Of a stretch of 64,000 bases of DNA, positions 26,513 to 40,794 are shown piece by piece; positions within the stretch are counted from its first letter, which is position 1; each line of letters begins with the position of its first letter. The translations under genes and the position numbers were made by a program. Source of the DNA: Chiloscyllium plagiosum (lineage: Eukaryota); contig NC_057719.1 in the NCBI RefSeq assembly GCF_004010195.1, forward strand, positions 33,644,767-33,708,766, read 5' to 3'. Below the pieces are notes generated by a model. That model saw only the letters and a list, made by a program, of their open reading frames with translations. It ran no database searches and was not told the DNA's origin.

Positions 26513-27602
26513 CAATATATCATGGTTCTGGTTTTAATATTACCTGGTGATCATGTTAACTTGTTTTTGTTGAGAATACAAAGAAAACTCATGTGGGAAA
26601 TACTTTAACTCTGCCTAATAATGACTCCCCTGAGAGGGCTCATCTGCAGTAACTTTCCATTCATAAGAGGGCAAGACCCACTAGAAATGAGAAGAACTGT
26701 GAGTGCTGTTTTGCTATCAATCACACTTTGACAATGTTGCAAGTTTAAAGAATAATATTTGTTTCAATCACATTTCCAATCTGAGAAATCTTTTAGTATC
26801 AGAATCATAGCCCTGGGAAGCCTCATGAACTTCCTGGCTGATGGTTCTTATACAGATGTGACTCTCCAAGGGAAAACACTTCAAACATAGTAAATGCCTG
26901 TAATAGTTTATACCTTGATCATATTATAGCCTCATGTGAGTGTGAAGTATCAATTTATTGAATAAATCAAAATCATAATATAAAGAACTTCCTAAATAAA
27001 TTTATGTCATTGTATTTGTCACTGTTTTGACATTCATATCTTTGATTCATGGATCTTCAGGACTGGTGCCTTCCTTTCCTGCTTATATTTGTTAATTGCT
27101 GTGTTTCCACTTGGACTGATGTGTTGCTCTTTATGAAAGTGGCAGTTCAGCTATTCAAGTGCAAGTGTATTGTATAACAAAAGTGATGCTTGAAATGTGA
27201 CACCTAAGGTTTGTTGAATCAAAGGTGGTATCTGAATGCTAAAATGAGATGTGTATCTCTACATAACTACCTGTATAAATATCTTGTCTGCTTCTTTATA
27301 ATATGCTTTCTGTCCATTTTAACCTGTCACACTGTAATTACACTTAGAAGTACTACAGTGGTATAAGTTTACACAGGGAGCCTTCATTATAAAAGTAGGC
27401 ACAAGAAATTTCAATGGAATGTTATGAAACTCACTTTGATTGTGTACACATGAAAGAGAATTTAATTCAATTCATCAAAGTTTCTTTTGATTCCATAACT
27501 ATGGATTGGTAAACATTTTCTGCTTTTCTTTCTTTTCACTCTTTTCTGGACAAAGTTACAAAGACATTTCATTCTTTTTGTAAGAGCAATTCATTTGAAA
27601 GA

Positions 27603-30600
27603 CTCCTTACCAGGGGTAAGCCATGGAGTACAGGTCCCTGGCACAGAGTCTGTCCCTGTTGATCTGAAGGAAAGGGGGAGATGAGCAGAGCATTAGTCAT
27701 TGGGGACTCCATAGTTAGGGGGACAGACAGGAGATTCTGTGGGAATAAGAGAGACTCATGGTTGGTGCTTTGCCTCCCAGTTGTCTTGGATTGTGTTTTG
27801 GGGATCCTTGAGGGGGAGGGGGAGCAGCCCCAAGTCGTGGTCCTCATAGGTACTAACGAAATAGGTAGGAAAAGGATGGGAATTTATGGCAGAAATTCAG
27901 GGAGCTAGGGTGGAAGCTTCGTGCTAGAAAAAACAGAGTTTTCTCAGGTTTGTCACCTGTGCCACGTGCTCGCAATGTGAGGAATAAGGAGAGAGAGGAG
28001 TTGAACACGTGGCTGCAGGGATGGTGCAGGAGGAAGGGTTATGGATTCCTGGATAATTGGGGCTCATTCTGGGGTAGGTGGAACCTCTACAAACTGGATA
28101 GTGTACACCTGAACCAGAGGGGTACCAATATCCTGTGGGAGTGGGTGGAATTTCTTTGGTAGGGTTTAAACTAATTCAGCAGGGGGATGGGAACCTAAAT
28201 TGTAGCTCCAGTGTCCAGGAGTTGAGAGTGGTGAAATCAGAAATGAGGTTTCAAGGTCACAAGAGTTCACTGGCAAGCAGGAAGGTGGTTTGAAGTGTGT
28301 CTACTTCAACACCAGGAGTATCCGGAATAAGGTGGGTGAACTTGCAGCATGGGTTAGAACCTGCGACTTTGATATTATGGCCATTTTGGAGATATGGATA
28401 GAGTAGGGACTGGAATGGTTGTTGGGATTTAAATGTTTCAGTAAGAACAGTGAAGATGGTAAAAGAGGAGGAGGTGTGGCATTGTTAATCAAGGACAATA
28501 TTACGGTGGCAGAAAGGACGTTTGAGAACTCACCTACTGATGTAGTAAGGCTGGGGTTAGAAATCGGAAAGGAGAGGTCACCCTGTTGGGAGTTTTCTAT
28601 AGGCCTCCAAATAGTTCCAGAGATGTAGAGGAAAGAATAACAACAATAACTCTGGATAGGAGCGAGTAACAGAGTAGTTGTTATGGGTACTTTTAATTTT
28701 CCAAATATTGACTGGGAATTCTATAGTTGGAGGACTTTAGAAGGGTCAGTTTTTGTCCAATGTGTGCAGGAGAGTTTCCTGACATAGTATGTAGACAAGC
28801 CAACAAAGGGCGAGGCCCTACATTGGATTTGGTACTGGGTAATGAACTCAGCCAGGTGTTAGATTGGGAGGTAGGTGAACACTTTGGTGATAGTGACCAC
28901 AATTTGGTTATTTTTACTTTAGCAATGGAAAGTGGTAAGTATATACCACAGGGCAAGAGTATTTCTTGGGAAAGGTAATTATGATGTGATTAGGCAAGGT
29001 TTAGAATGCATAGAAGGGTGAAGGAAACTACAGGGGATGGGCACAATTGAAATGTGGAGCTTATTCACAGAATGGCTACTGTGTGTCCTTGAAAAGTATG
29101 TACCTGAAAGGCAGGGAGGAAGTGGTCGAGCGAGCAAACTGTGGTTTATTAAAGATGTTGAAACTCTTGTCAAGAGGAAGAAGAAGGCTCATGTTAGAAT
29201 GAGACATGAAGGCTTATTTAGGGCGCTTGAGAGTTACAAGTTAGCCAGGAAAGACCTAAAGAGAGAGCTAAGAAGAGCAAGAAGGAGACATGAGAAGTTG
29301 TTGGTGGACAGGATCAAGGAAATCCTAAAGCTTTCTATAGGTATAGCAGGAATAAAATGACTAGAGGAAGATTAGGCCCAATCAAGGATAATAGTGGGAA
29401 GTTGTGTGTGGAGTCTGAGGAGATGGGGAAGCACAAAAAAAATATTTTACTTCAGTATTCACACTGGAAAAATACATTGTTGTCGAGGAGAATATGAGAT
29501 ACAGGCNNNNNNNNNNNNNNNNNNNNNNNNNNNNNNNNNNNNNNNNNNNNNNNNNNNNNNNNNNNNNNNNNNNNNNNNNNNNNNNNNNNNNNNNNNNNNN
29601 NNNNNNNNNNNNNNNNNNNNNNNNNNNNNNNNNNNNNNNNNNNNNNNNNNNNNNNNNNNNNNNNNNNNNNNNNNNNNNNNNNNNNNNNNNNNNNNNNNNN
29701 NNNNNNNNNNNNNNNNNNNNNNNNNNNNNNNNNNNNNNNNNNNNNNNNNNNNNNNNNNNNNNNNNNNNNNNNNNNNNNNNNNNNNNNNNNNNNNNNNNNN
29801 NNNNNNNNNNNNNNNNNNNNNNNNNNNNNNNNNNNNNNNNNNNNNNNNNNNNNNNNNNNNNNNNNNNNNNNNNNNNNNNNNNNNNNNNNNNNNNNNNNNN
29901 NNNNNNNNNNNNNNNNNNNNNNNNNNNNNNNNNNNNNNNNNNNNNNNNNNNNNNNNNNNNNNNNNNNNNNNNNNNNNNNNNNNNNNNNNNNNNNNNNNNN
30001 NNNNNNGATAAGCTGCAGAGTTGGGCTGAAAGGTGGCAAATGGAGTTTAATGTGGAAAAGTGTGAGGTGATTCACTTTGGGAGGAGCAAAAGGAATAAAG
30101 AGTACTGGGCTAATAGTGAGATTCTTGGTAGTGTGGATAAGCAAAAATATCTCAGTCCCCATGAACATAGATCCTTGAAAGTTGCCAACCAGGTTGATAG
30201 GGTTGTTAAGAAAGCATACAGTGTGTTAGGCTTAATTGGTTGAGGGATTGAGTTTTGGAGCCATGAGGTCATGCTGCTGTACAAAACTCTGGTGCGGCCT
30301 CACTTGGAGTATTGTGTACAGTTCTGGTCACTGCATTATAGAAAGGATGTGGAATCATTGGAAAGGGTGCAGAGGAGATTTACTAGGATGTTGCCTGATA
30401 TGGAGGGAAGGTCAAATGAGGAAAGCCTGAGGGACTTGAGGCTGTTTTCATTCACTGTTGTTAGGTCACTTATTTGAGATATACAAGATAATCAGAGGGT
30501 TAGATAGGGTGGACAGTGAGAGCCCTTTTCCTCAGATGATGATGGCTAGCACATGGGGCCATAGCTTTAAATTGAGGGGTGATAAATATTGGACAGTTAT

Positions 30601-30822
30601 TGTAGTCAGTTTCTTTACTCAGAGAGTAGTAGGGGCATGGAAATCACTGCCTACAACAGTAGTAGACTCACCAACTTTAAGGGCATGTAAATTGTCATTG
30701 GATAAATGTATGGATGAAAATGGAATAATGTAGGATAGATGGACTTCAGATTGGTTCCACAGGTCAGCACAACATTAAAGGCTGAAGGGCCTGTACAGCA
30801 CTGTAATGTTCTATATTCTATT
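27603..30822 (+). mobile_element. long CR1 LINE: ORF1 SGNH esterase, ORF2 APE endonuclease and RT, disrupted, spanning a gap
   Basis: ORF1 VIGDSIVRG, IGTNEIG, DSVHLN; EN RGGGVALLIK, LDLVL, GDSDHN; RT WQMEFNVEKCEVIHFG; 3' tail as in the 1674-3078 copy. Confidence 0.92.
29507..30006. other. assembly gap (500 N)
   Basis: Run of N. Confidence 1.
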
Positions 30823-33800
30823 GAGAAGAGAAAACCAAAGTTGTTTTTAAAGGAGACACTGAGACATTAAGACTTCTTTTTAAAGATAGTTGCTTGGACT
30901 CGTTTACTGGAAATTATTAGCTTTGGTTTATGGCCCTGTTTTGGATAATGTTTAGAGATCCTCTGAGATACTGCTTACTGAGAGAGAGAGAGGGAGGGAG
31001 AAGCTACTTGGCTCATCCTGTGCCTTTCTGAGTAAACCTTTTCAGAGATTCCACTGATTGAAGAAATAAAAGTACATCTATTGAAATTAAGAAAATTTAA
31101 CTTTCAGTGATGTAAACTTATTTTATACCTATTATGAAAGCATGTCAATTTTATTCCATTCAATTGAGATGATTTTTTGTTTAATGGAGCTAACAGCAAA
31201 ATCAAACAAATGGGTTGGTGACTTCTGCCTTTCGAGTTTAAGTAGACATCTACCTTTTATGCGTCAATAATGGTGAGAACCATTAACCTGAGTTACTCTA
31301 GTAGCAAATCATGGCTTAGTGTGCAATAAACGTGCCCACGTGACTTGTGCTTCTTGTCGATGATATGCAGTACAAGGTCTTCAATTCACAGAGCTGACCT
31401 TTCATGTTGGAGTTGTCCTAAAAGCACCGTTACTATACTAAAGGAAAACTTGGTATTAGTTTAACGTTTATTTCATCCCAAAATGCTTTCCAGCCAATGA
31501 AGTAAATTTTCAAGAGCAGTCGAGGAAAATTTGTAAATGCCACACTAAGTTATATCAGAGCCCAGTGTTAGTCTGCTCAGGCTACGTTTAGAATTTAAAT
31601 CTCGCAACTACACTCACATTTTGTGTTGGATTCCTGGTAAGTGCGACTGAAACAGAAAGTTAAAATATCACAAACTGTGAAAGTTCTTTATAAGGTCCCA
31701 CACGGTTATTAATATTTGATAAAGCTGCGTAAAAACATCAGAAGGCTTTTTTTCACACGAAACATCCTGTAATTAATGTATTGTGTGAAAGTTAAATAGT
31801 AATCATATCAATTTTACAATTAAAACGGTTTATCAATTCCATAGAGACAACTATATTCTGCAATTGTTTCAGGTTTTCGAGCAATAAAGATATCGAATTG
31901 TATTTATATTTCAAATTCTTCCAATGCTTTCAGATAGCCTTTTCATTAACATTACTTTGAATCACATAGCATCTAAAAAAATGAATGCATTATTGTCAAG
32001 CTCTGCCTTTATCCAACTCCAAAATATATGCTTTCCCCAGTGTTCCTTCTCAAACAGTGCCTCTGAATGTTGAAGCAAGAAACTGCCATTGAGTGAAAGG
32101 TCCAGGCAAAGTTCAGTTGACACTGGAGATGTAGATGTGAAGACCACATGTACAGCAGTCAGACTACGTGCTGTCCTTTTGATCTCGCTCAAGTAAGCGA
32201 GACGTGAATACCACAGACTAAATGGAAGGATGTGCAATGGTCCAGACCGCAACAATCTGACCTATCAGTACATGTTCCAAACACTTTACTCAAGCGAGAA
32301 CAATCATAAAGAACACTGAACCATAACTTTAAAATAGTTTTCAAAATACGAAAATCATCCATCCTTCAGATTACTTTGAATCTGCACGCTTTAAACTGAA
32401 CTGAATGCCTGTCAGTCACAATGGCAATGAATCCACACTTTAAAAGGTTGTGCGCGCACTTTGCGTTCGTGGTCATGTGGTTTACTGTCTTATGGCTATT
32501 TCTAGGTTCAATTGATAAGGTGATTAGAAAGAAAAGTCAAAATTCTGCGTCATGGAGCTGGGGAAAGACAACTGCTAGATTTAGGGAAGCAATAAAACGT
32601 TGGAAATGCGAAATGTGGCAGGTAGCCTATGACTCCCCCTCGTGGCTTGCTGTCAAAAACCTAAGGAAAACATTCGTGAGCAGAAGTGGTGCCAATTCGA
32701 CCTGTAATTTGCTGTGGAGAAGATCCCTACAGAGTTTGGATAAATGATTCAGATACATAATTACCCAAAATGTGTGAGTGCAGGTCGGAGAATTTACAAA
32801 CAACTGACCAGTAGGTTTTAAGGTCTTGTGAGTTCATAGAGTTCAAGTGGAAGGAGATAATAATTATATTTTTACAAAACAACTGTTGGCTCACACTTCA
32901 CATCCGGTGGTGTTAGAGTTTTGAGCCCTCCAAGGACATTGAAACCTCTCCTGTCACCACTAACGTATTTTAATTAGAATGTGGCCAATTATAGGGAATT
33001 ATAGTTGCGAGAGAAAACTTGAGATGCTGAGACTAATCCCGCAGAGAATGAATAGCAGATATTTACGAAAGGTTTTTTGAAAAAAATCAAGTTCTGAATT
33101 ATTTAGAAGGAATGGATAGTCAGAATTTTTTTTGTTATGAAGAGTCAGTGACATGGATCATTATGTAAAATTACCATTAAGAAACACATGAAAGGAACAG
33201 GAGATATTTCTGTCCAGAGAGGAACTTGGGAGTACGGAATTGTTTGTGGCCGGAACTGGTCTATGAACTGTTTTTTTTTAGAAAAGAACAATATTGGAAA
33301 CATATTGTAAGACATTGAAAATGCAAATTAAAAACTCTGAAAAAAGAATTTTAAAAACATTTTCTAAAGCAAAGGAGAAAGAATATCTCTTGGACTTGAA
33401 CCATTTTTTTTCAGATTCCATCTGAGCCACTGAAAATACTGGGCAAGTCAGACAGAATATGTGGAGAGAGAAAATCACAATTAATAATTCAGGTTGTTAA
33501 CCTTGCACTTACAACTGACAGAAATTGAGGTGAAACAGGTTTTGAGCTCATGCAGAGATAGGGAAAAGAAGGACAGGCAGTAGCAACAAAAGAGCTGCTC
33601 TGCAAAGGGATGGAAGGCAGGATAGTTTAAATGGTGCTGTGGTATCTGAATCGTATATTTTAGAACATAGCCTGTTGTTTTTGGAAATTAACATTTTAAC
33701 TGCAGTAAATGAGTGAAAATTCACTTTAAAATAGCGAATATCTGATATGATGCAAGATAACTAAGCTGTGAAGTCATTACACTTAAAAGTTCAGAAGAGA

Positions 33801-33829
33801 AGAAATTAAAATGGCAGGTGGAAAGCTGA

Positions 33830-34712
33830 ATATAACTGAACAGAAAACCAAAACCAAAAAGTGAAACAGAAAATAATAAGTAAGTAGGCAAATAGTTGGA
33901 AAAATGGAGTAGAATGTGGAATGATGTGACATTTTTCATTTTGGAAAAGGGAACAAAAGAACAGTATTATTTGGATGCAGGAAAACTGCAGAGAGTTGCA
34001 ACACAAAGGAACTTGAAAGTACTTGTGCATGAAACACAGAAAGCTAGCACATAGGTGCAGCAAATAATCAGGAAGGTGAATGGAATGTTGAGCCTTATTT
34101 CAAGAAGGGTGGAGTATAAGAGTAGGGAAGTCTTACTGCAAGTATCCAAGGTGCTGATGAAACCACATCTGGAATATTGTGAGCCATTTTGGTCCCTGTT
34201 TCTAAGGAAAGATGTCATTTTGTTGGAAGCCGTTCAGAGGAAGTTTGCTAGGATGATCCTGGTATAGAGCAAAGGTTAAACAGGTTGGGACTCTACTCAT
34301 TGGAGTTCAGAAGAATGAGAGCTGATCTCATTGAAACATAGAAGATCGTTAAAGAAGATGGCAGAGTAAATGCTGAGAAGATGCTTCCCCCTCATAGGAG
34401 AGTCTAAGACTAGGGGCATTGTCACAGAATTAGGGTAGCAGTTTAAGACTGAGGTGAGGAGAAATTACTTCTTCCAAAGCATTGTGAGTCTTTGGAACTC
34501 CTCGTCACAGACACTTGTGAGGGCAGAGTCCTTGAGTTTATTAATGGTTGTAAGACTTAGATTCTTGATCAGTCAAGGAATCAAGGGTTATGGGCAGGGC
34601 AGGAAGTTGGATGTGAGGAATATCGGATCAGCCATATTCCTATGGAATGGTGGAACAGGCTCAGCTGGCCGAATGGCCTACTCCTGTTCCTATTTCTTAT
34701 GGTCTTATGGTC
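33830..34712 (+). mobile_element. CR1-like LINE 3' part (subfamily with TTATGGTC tail)
   Basis: KPHLEYCEPFWSLFLRKDV...VQRKFARMI; tail tcttatggtcttatggt. Confidence 0.85.
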
Positions 34713-34719
34713 CAGAAAG

Positions 34720-35811
34720 GAAACATAGACATTAGGTTGCTTAGCAAGGTAAGTGTCCAAGGTGTTGGACATTGTATATTAGTGTGGATTGAGCACTGAC
34801 TAACAACTAAATGACCATGAGGGGGCATTTTCATATGGCAACCTGGAACTATGCAAAATGGAGGGCCATTGGGATCAGCCCTGATATATTAATAATTTGG
34901 ATTTGGAAAGTCTGGGAATGACACAGGAAGATAAGTGATGAGGTCGACACAAAGAGTCTGCAAAATTTAAGCATGTGGGCAAAAACTTGGCAGATGGAAT
35001 ATAATGCCGGAAAATGTGAGCTTGTGCACATTGGCAGGAAAATAGAGGTGCGGAATATTATTAAAATGGAGAAAGACTCCAAGAAACTATTGATCACAGA
35101 GAGTTAGGAGCCCTCATCAATGAATCATAGAAAGGTAGCATACAAGTTCAGTGGGTAGTAGGGAAGCAAATGATGTTGGTGCTTATTTCAAGGGAATGGA
35201 GTATAAAAGATGGGAAGTTTTGCTAAAACTACACAACGCATTAGTCAGGCCACAGCTGGGATACTGAACAGTTTTGTGACCCTTATCTAAAGAAACATAT
35301 ACTGGCAATGGATACAGTCCTGAGAAGGTTCACCACACTGATACCAGGTATGGAGGGATGGTCTTATGAGGAGAGCTTCATTAGGTTAAGCCTAAACTTG
35401 TTTGAATTTAGGAAAATGAGAACGAATGTATTGAAGCATAAAAGCATCTTAGGGGACTTAACAGGGTAGTGGAAAGTTTGTTTCCTCTTGTGGGATAGTC
35501 AAGGATCAGAGGACACAATCTCAGAATAAGGGGTCACACATTTAAAATAAAAATGAGGAGGACTTCCTTCTCTAAGAGGGTCATGAATCTGTGGAATTTC
35601 TTACTACGGAGGGCTGTAGAGGCTGAGCCATTGAGTATATTCAAGGCTGAAAGAGACAAATTTTTAATTAGTGAAGCAATCAAGGGCTATGGGGCAAAGG
35701 CAGGAAAGTGGAGTTGAGGATTTTCAGATCAACCATGTTCTAATTGAATGGTGGAGCGGACCTGATCAGTGAATGATTTACTTCTGCTCCTATGTTTTAT
35801 GGTCTTGTGGC
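34720..35811 (+). mobile_element. second, adjacent CR1-like LINE 3' part of a similar subfamily
   Basis: WAKTWQMEYNAGKCELVH; similar tail atgttttatggtcttgtgg. Confidence 0.8.
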
Positions 35812-38117
35812 CTGAAAGGCAACTGACCCTCCCAGTTTCCAAGGAAGCAAACTGAACCTGAGAGTTGGAAAGTTACTGAACAGAATAGAACTGGTTGAGG
35901 CTTTGTGAAAGGGCACAGAAACAATTGTGCAAAGACCTGGCCAGTAAACTTTTAGATAACTTGACCATTTTGGTTATTTTCATATCATAGTCACCAGCAA
36001 GCTAATGAGGCCAAATAAGACATTTTGAGAGTATCTTAGGACTAAAGGAGCCATTTTGTATTCTTTGTGTTCTGTACTTTGTGATTGTTAAAATATAGTA
36101 ATCAAGAATTACTGTATAATTAATAACCAATCAGAAACTGGGGGTTGACTAAGTAGAGAGGTTCAAATAAACTACAATTGAATAATTCTTTTTTAATTAG
36201 TATTTGTATTAATGTTATGTTATACTCAAACAACTGTATGCTTTTCTTAAATCTATTAAGTAGCTTTTGTAACCTTATCCTGGAGAAAAGAATGTTCATT
36301 TAAATATTATGTGCTAACTAGAGTCTTCCTGATATTGAACCAGGCTTGTCCATGAAGGGCAACATTCCAATGTTTTGCTCCCTTGGTTGAGCAATGAGCA
36401 AATTTTAGAAAGCTAACATTTACATGAATAGTAAACAAAAATTTTAGGGAATAAAACTAATTCCAAAGCAAATAGCTAATCATTTTAATGAGTAATTAAT
36501 AAAAAATGACCAATAAACAGTGCCAAACAGCAGTTAATAAAAATGTTTGCTTTTTCAGTTAAGAGATAGGGCTAGAGAGTGACAGACCAGACCCCAAGGG
36601 GTGGGGGTGGGGACCAGGGCAAAACTAAAGAGTCAGATTTAACTAACACTAACTCTGGTGGCACACACTCAAAGCTGGCCTCAGCAGAGTTTATTCAGAA
36701 GTGATGGTTGGAAGCAAGTTGTCTTTCAGCCTAGTTTTTCCTCCTCAGCCAGTCCACTTTATAGATACATTTTCCATTCCAGCCCAACTTGCATTGTTCA
36801 ACTCCACCAGCCTGACTCTTATTGGGTTTCCCAAACCCTGTCAGCTCTATTCTCACTCTGTCCAACAAAGGAGTTTGAGCATTGTACATCTCAAGCCTGA
36901 TCAGTCTCATGAAGTTGCAAAAAGCATTTTTTCTAAATTATGTATATCTTTTTGCTTTTAATGTACTCCCTTTAAAAGTTATTATCCAGAATTCTGCTTT
37001 TGCCTTAATAGGTTTATGTCTTATCCACCCAAACTGAACCTACTAAATAGGCAAATTGAGGTGGTTGAAATCAATGAAGTTGCAAATAACTGAACCAGAT
37101 ATCAAAATATTATCACATGTTCTCCATATGAATGGCTGTCTGTATATAATCTTCCCATAACAATGCATTTCATAACATCACAGACCACTTTGTAAAATAT
37201 TTCTTCTCTTTATTCAAAACATATCATGTTTAATCCCCCATCTATGTCACTTCTTTGCAGATTGCTACCATTGGAAACATTCTGTATAATGTAATATTGC
37301 ATGAGCTTACAATAATATTCACTTGAAAATGATTGGTCGAAGAAGTTTATTGTAACAATGACATTAGAAAAGTTTTACCTCTGTACAACCAGGCTTATTG
37401 ATCTGGTTAGTAAATTCTTGTAATTTTGTGTAACAGTGACTCAACAAATTTATAAACATCCATGAAAGAAAGACAGGTAAAGACTAACGGATCTGACACA
37501 ATGAGGTAGCCCTATCTCAGCGCAACATAAAATGTGCAACCTATTATTACCATTTCCCTTGTACATCATAGTATCTATTAGATAGGAAAAACACAGGAAA
37601 AACATTATTTGGTTTTGGAAAAAATGAATCTAGGAAGTTCTTCTTTGGTTGTGAAAGGTACTTTTTCTAGTGTCAAGCGAATTCAGTGTTTTCGTGGCAA
37701 ACATTTTAGTCATTCTCAGGAATTTGTCTCTCTCTCTCTTTTGACCTTTTACAGAAAAACTGCATTACTCGCAATTTAAGCTCTGAAATTAAGTATTTCC
37801 TGGCATTAAACAAACCTGACTGCTTTTGTAACTGTTATGTTCTGCCATTCTTCCTAACCAATCTCACTAAAGTAGCTTAACTACCCACTTGTGCCTAATA
37901 GAGTGTGTTCCAGCAACAGTGGCATAACAGAAAACATGAATCTTGAATTCCGCTTACCATCAACTCCCCCACAAATTTCAACATACAAAGAAGAAAATTC
38001 TGAATCTGCTTAGATCTGTGTGGTCAACAGATATATTTTATTATTGTATCTATTCAACATTATTAATATGTTTGAAACAATACAGTCAAAGCATAAACAA
38101 AATCATTTTAAAAAAAA

Positions 38118-38433
38118 TTAGATTCCCTACAGTGTGGAAACAGGCCCTTCAGCCCAACAAGTCCACACTGACCCTCCGAAGAGTAACCCACCCAGACCCA
38201 TTCCCCAACATTTACCCCTGACTAATAACCTACACTATGGGCAATTTAACATGGCCAATTCATCCTAACCTGCATATCTTTTGGAATGTGGGAGAAGACT
38301 GGAGTACCTGGAGGAAGCCCACACAGACACGGGAAGAATGTGCAACCTCCACACAGTTGCCTGAGGCCGAATCAAACCTGGGTCCCTGTTGCTGTGAGGC
38401 AGCAGCACTAACCACTGAGCCACTGTGCCATCC
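38118..38433 (-). mobile_element. HE1-type V-SINE, full length
   Basis: tRNA-like head (tggctcagtggttag A box, B box), V-domain, CR1-like tail. Confidence 0.9.
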
Positions 38434-39481
38434 ATTATTTCTATAGAAATTAATAATTTATTTGTAGATTGAAAAAGAAAGTTTCATTACAGAGCTATAT
38501 TGCGATATATCCACCATGGGCAGTTAAAATTCAGCCTCTGCCATTCAGAATAATTAGGTCAATCTCTTTACCAGGCAGTTAATTTTCTCAGGTCAATCTC
38601 AGTTAATCATAGCTAATCTATGCATTATCAAAGAAGCATTCATGGTTCTTTTTCTTTAAATGCCCATAATCCCTTCACCAACCAATTAGCCCTTTTGTTA
38701 TAAAGCAGAGTGTCTGCGGCTGAGGAAGTATGTCTCAGCTAATGCATACATGAGTAGCTTGTTGCTTTGAAATCTCTTCTTGGGGATAGGCAGTCTCTTG
38801 TGATCTTGTATTGCGCTTACTATTCAAAAAAGACATCAGGATGGCAAGTAATTTGCTAAATCTAGCTTGCTTTTGGAATATTAAATGACCCACATTTAAC
38901 CAAAGTGTCAGATTTTCAAATTGCCTGAAGCTAATCTTGACTAACTTGCCATGCATCCTAAAATTTGGCAGCTGGCTAACCATTAAGTTGTACTCTCAAA
39001 TGAATTCCTTCTACCTCTCTTTTCCCATAGCTAAATACCCCTGTGCACCCTGGCCACTGTCCAAGGCTGGGTGAAAAGAATGAACATTTAACAAAAATTT
39101 TAAGCCATATATATCAATTGTGATTTACATGTACCTTCAATTTTTATTTTTATTTTTATTTACAAACTTGCACACACCAGCCAGATGTGAAAAGAATGAG
39201 TTTGGAATAAATTTGACAACCAATATTGATTCAGTCACACATTATGTTTCTCTCACAATGCTATTTTTTATTAAATGGGATATTAGATTATACCATTAAC
39301 CAAGATCAAAAAGCCCAATTGTATGGCAATTGAATGTAATTAAGAGGGCAGAAAAATGAGTAGGGAAGATGAAGGCAATGTATTCCTCTATCTAACAGCA
39401 ATATAAACCACCTCTAGTGGACACATGTTCTAATACCAGGTAGTCAGATGCTATCATATCTAAGCCCTGAAATTGTTTGGC

Positions 39482-39595
39482 CAAAAACTAGAGGGCATAG
39501 GTTTCAGGTGAGAGGGGAAAGATTTTTTAAAAATCAGAGGGGTAATTTTTTTCATGCAGAAGGTATTGCATGAGCTGCCAGAGGAATTGGTGGTC
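39482..39595 (+). mobile_element. short CR1 fragment
   Basis: aaactagagggcataggtttcaggtgagagggga. Confidence 0.75.
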
Positions 39596-40379
39596 TGACT
39601 CTCTGACTCTTTGTTCCTGTCAATAGAATTGAGAGTACACATACAGGTATTGTCCAGTTTTGGCCACAGTAAAACATTTCATTTTCTATTTGTTATCAAA
39701 TTTTTCATGCCATAATTGCAACAAACAGTTATATTTGTTGCATGATTCAGGCCCAAATGGTATAAAACAACGAGCTTTAACAGATTAATAATAATATTAA
39801 TCTCACACCACTGGTTTACAATATTTTATAAAAGGCAACAAATAATATCATGCTTCCTCCAAAAGGACAAGGATGATTAGGCTTGGAACCCTTGTGAACT
39901 AAAGACAAGATGAAAGAAAGTTCAACTGTCCACTAGATAGCTGTTTTATTTACAAATTCTACCTGTATTCTAATTGGTATGCACACGTTCACAACAGTAA
40001 TGTTCAACTTTCCTACCAAGCTAATGTGAACCTTCTTTACACAACATCCAAATCTCACCTGTCTCCAGTTTTGTCTTATACATTTGTTATTGCTTCTCCT
40101 CTCATTGGTATTTCATGGGCAGTATGTTAATATTGAAAGGGTTCCAAATCAGATATTGATTACCCTGCTGGGTTGGTGCTGCAATGACAACTGTTATTTT
40201 TCTACTGGACACTTTTAGTATATGGACATACATTTGGAGCAAGGTCAATCATTCTGCATCTCAAATCTGCTCCAACATTCAATAAGATCAGACAGTACAA
40301 ATGTTATTTTCCTTTCACTTTGATATTTCACGTGAATTGTCTTGATGAAGTGCAAAATGAAAAGTTTAGACATTATGCT

Positions 40380-40775
40380 TCAGTTTACAGGGTATTGGTG
40401 AGGCCACATCTCGAAGACCATGTTCAGTTTTTGTCTTCTTATTTAAGGAAGGATGCAAATACATTGGTGATGGAGCATGGGATATTTGTCAGACTGATGA
40501 CTAGAATAAGTAAGTTGTTTTATGAGAAAATGTTGGACAGATTGAGCTTACTTCCACTGTTGAGAAGTGAAGGGATGACCTAATTAAAATGTACGAGATC
40601 CTGAACAGTCTTGAAAAGGTGTACGTTAAAACGTTGATTCTGCTTGTGGGTGAATCCACAACTAGGAAGTATTATATAAAAAGTAGGGATCACTTCTTTA
40701 AAACAGACAAGAGCAGAATTATTTTCTTTCAGAGGTTTATTCACTTCAGAACTCTCTGTCGTAGAAGAGGAAGCA
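40380..40775 (+). mobile_element. old CR1-like fragment
   Basis: YRVLVRPHLEDHVQFLSSYLRKD. Confidence 0.7.
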
Positions 40776-40794
40776 ATGGCTACCACCACTAAAT

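Noticed and set aside
29394..30243. ORFs of 205-249 aa
   Set aside because: They run through the N gap
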